A stretch of 57,627 nt of DNA from Clostridiales bacterium. GTDB taxonomy: Bacteria > Bacillota > Clostridia > Lachnospirales > Lachnospiraceae. The position numbers and the translations under genes were made by a program. The stretch covers positions 1 to 57,627 of the forward strand of contig JAHZHF010000001.1 of NCBI GenBank assembly GCA_019420405.1, written 5' to 3'. Of the stretch, positions 56,418 to 57,627 are shown in pieces. Numbering within the stretch: position 1 is the stretch's first letter; every line of letters starts with the position of its first letter. Under the pieces are notes generated by a model, which saw only the letters and a list, made by a program, of their open reading frames with translations, was not told the origin of the DNA and ran no database searches.

Positions 56418-57521
56418 TCAAACGCGGAGCTTTTCAGCAAAATCAGCCATTGCTTCTGAAATCTTAATCTGCTGCGGACAGACAGCTTCGCAGCTTCTGC
56501 ATCCGATACATGCGTCCGGTTTTTTGTCATTCGGATAGGAAGAAAGCGCCATGGGAGCGATGAACCCGCCTTCTGTGAATACATGTTCATTATACAGATT
56601 GAGAAGCTCCGGAATGTCCAGTCCCTGGGGACAGTGGCTGACACAGTAGTGGCATGCCGTACAGGGAAGCGTCTTTTTGCCGAGCATATCGTCCGCGATT
56701 TTGAGAAGTGTCTCTATCTCTTTGTCAGAGAGCGGTTTGTCTTCCTCAAAGGTGCGGATATTCGCCTGGAGCTGTGTCATGTCTGACATGCCTGAGAGAA
56801 TCACCGTCACCTCCGGGATTGTCTGGAGGAAGCGGAAGGCCCAGGCTGGGATCGATTCCTCCGGGCGGAGCGCTTTCAGCTTCTTTTCGTTTTCAGGGGA
56901 AAGAGAAGCAAGTTTGCCGCCGCGCAAAGGCTCCATCACCCATACGGGAATATTGTACTCTTTTAAAAGCTCCACTTTTTCTTTCGCGCTCTGGAACGTC
57001 CAGTCCAGATAATTCAGCTGGAGCTGGCAGAATTCCATGTCTTTCCCATATGCTTTCAGGAAGCGGCTGATCGTCTCATAATTTCCGTGTGCAGAAAATC
57101 CCAGATGGCGGATCCGTCCGTTTTCCTTCTGCTCCATAAGATAATCGTAGATCCCATATTTCGGATCCAGATAAGCGTCAATATTCATCTCGCATACATT
57201 GTGAAAGAGATAGAAATCAAAATAGTCTGTATGGCACTTCTTAAGCTGTTCTTCAAAAATAGTTTCCACCTTATCCATGTTGGAAAGATCATATCCGGGG
57301 AACTTCGTAGTCAGAAAGAAGCTGTCCCGCGGATAACGCTTCAGAGCATTTCCGATGACGGACTCGGAATTCCCATTATGGTAGCCCCAGGCAGTATCAT
57401 AGTAGTTGATCCCGTGCTCCATGGCATATGAGACCATCTCTTCTGTGGTTTTTACATCTATTTCTGCGTCGTTGCCGTCAATGACAGGGAGACGCATGGC
57501 ACCCATACCGAGAGCGGAAAT
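56418..57521 (-). pseudogene. aldo/keto reductase with C-terminal 4Fe-4S dicluster, 5' end apparently lost
   Basis: ISALGMGAMRLP, YYDTAWGYH, CTACHYC..HCP, CIGCRSCEAVCP. In-frame TAG at 57522-57524 immediately upstream and no RBS before ATG 57506. Confidence 0.6.
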
Positions 57522-57627
57522 CTAATGCTTACGAGATATCGAAAGATATAGGCGGCAGCTATATAGTTCATGAACTCCCTGGCTAGAAACTTCCGAAATC
57601 AGAGAGTATTTTGAAGACGTATTCTGC

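Noticed and set aside
1..57627. tRNA, rRNA or CRISPR arrays
   Set aside because: None recognised by eye; tRNAscan-SE and Infernal would be needed to exclude small RNAs.

Overview
Chromosomal window from a spore-forming Clostridia-type bacterium; gene style suggests Lachnospiraceae (inference). From left to right: (1) core genes, namely the valS 3' end, an LTA-synthase-family gene, folC, a small ORF, a TPR protein and spoIIAA-spoIIAB-sigF; (2) a ~23 kb sugar-catabolism island with two paralogous, ROK-regulated clusters resembling the E. coli ydj operon, one with an ABC importer and one with a GPH symporter, separated by a Fic pseudogene; (3) M18 aminopeptidase, APC permease, spoVAA/spoVAB, an AraC regulator, an IS200 relic and a fused ABC exporter; (4) a two-component system followed by the most unusual feature, a tightly coupled ~10 kb operon (42127-52222). 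It encodes an excisionase/MerR-like HTH protein, an unknown 411-aa protein, two paralogous coiled-coil proteins with a shared possibly GrpE-like C-terminus, an atypical Hsp70-fold ATPase, a Ycf46-type AAA+ ATPase, a membrane-anchored HEXXH metallopeptidase with a coupled small partner, and a 2-TM protein, and its two promoters share a 17-bp box; (5) EcsC-like, PHP phosphatase and 2H phosphoesterase genes, an AAA/PD-(D/E)XK gene with an apparent frameshift near its start, and a 5'-damaged aldo/keto reductase. All assignments come from motif recognition by eye; no database searches were run.
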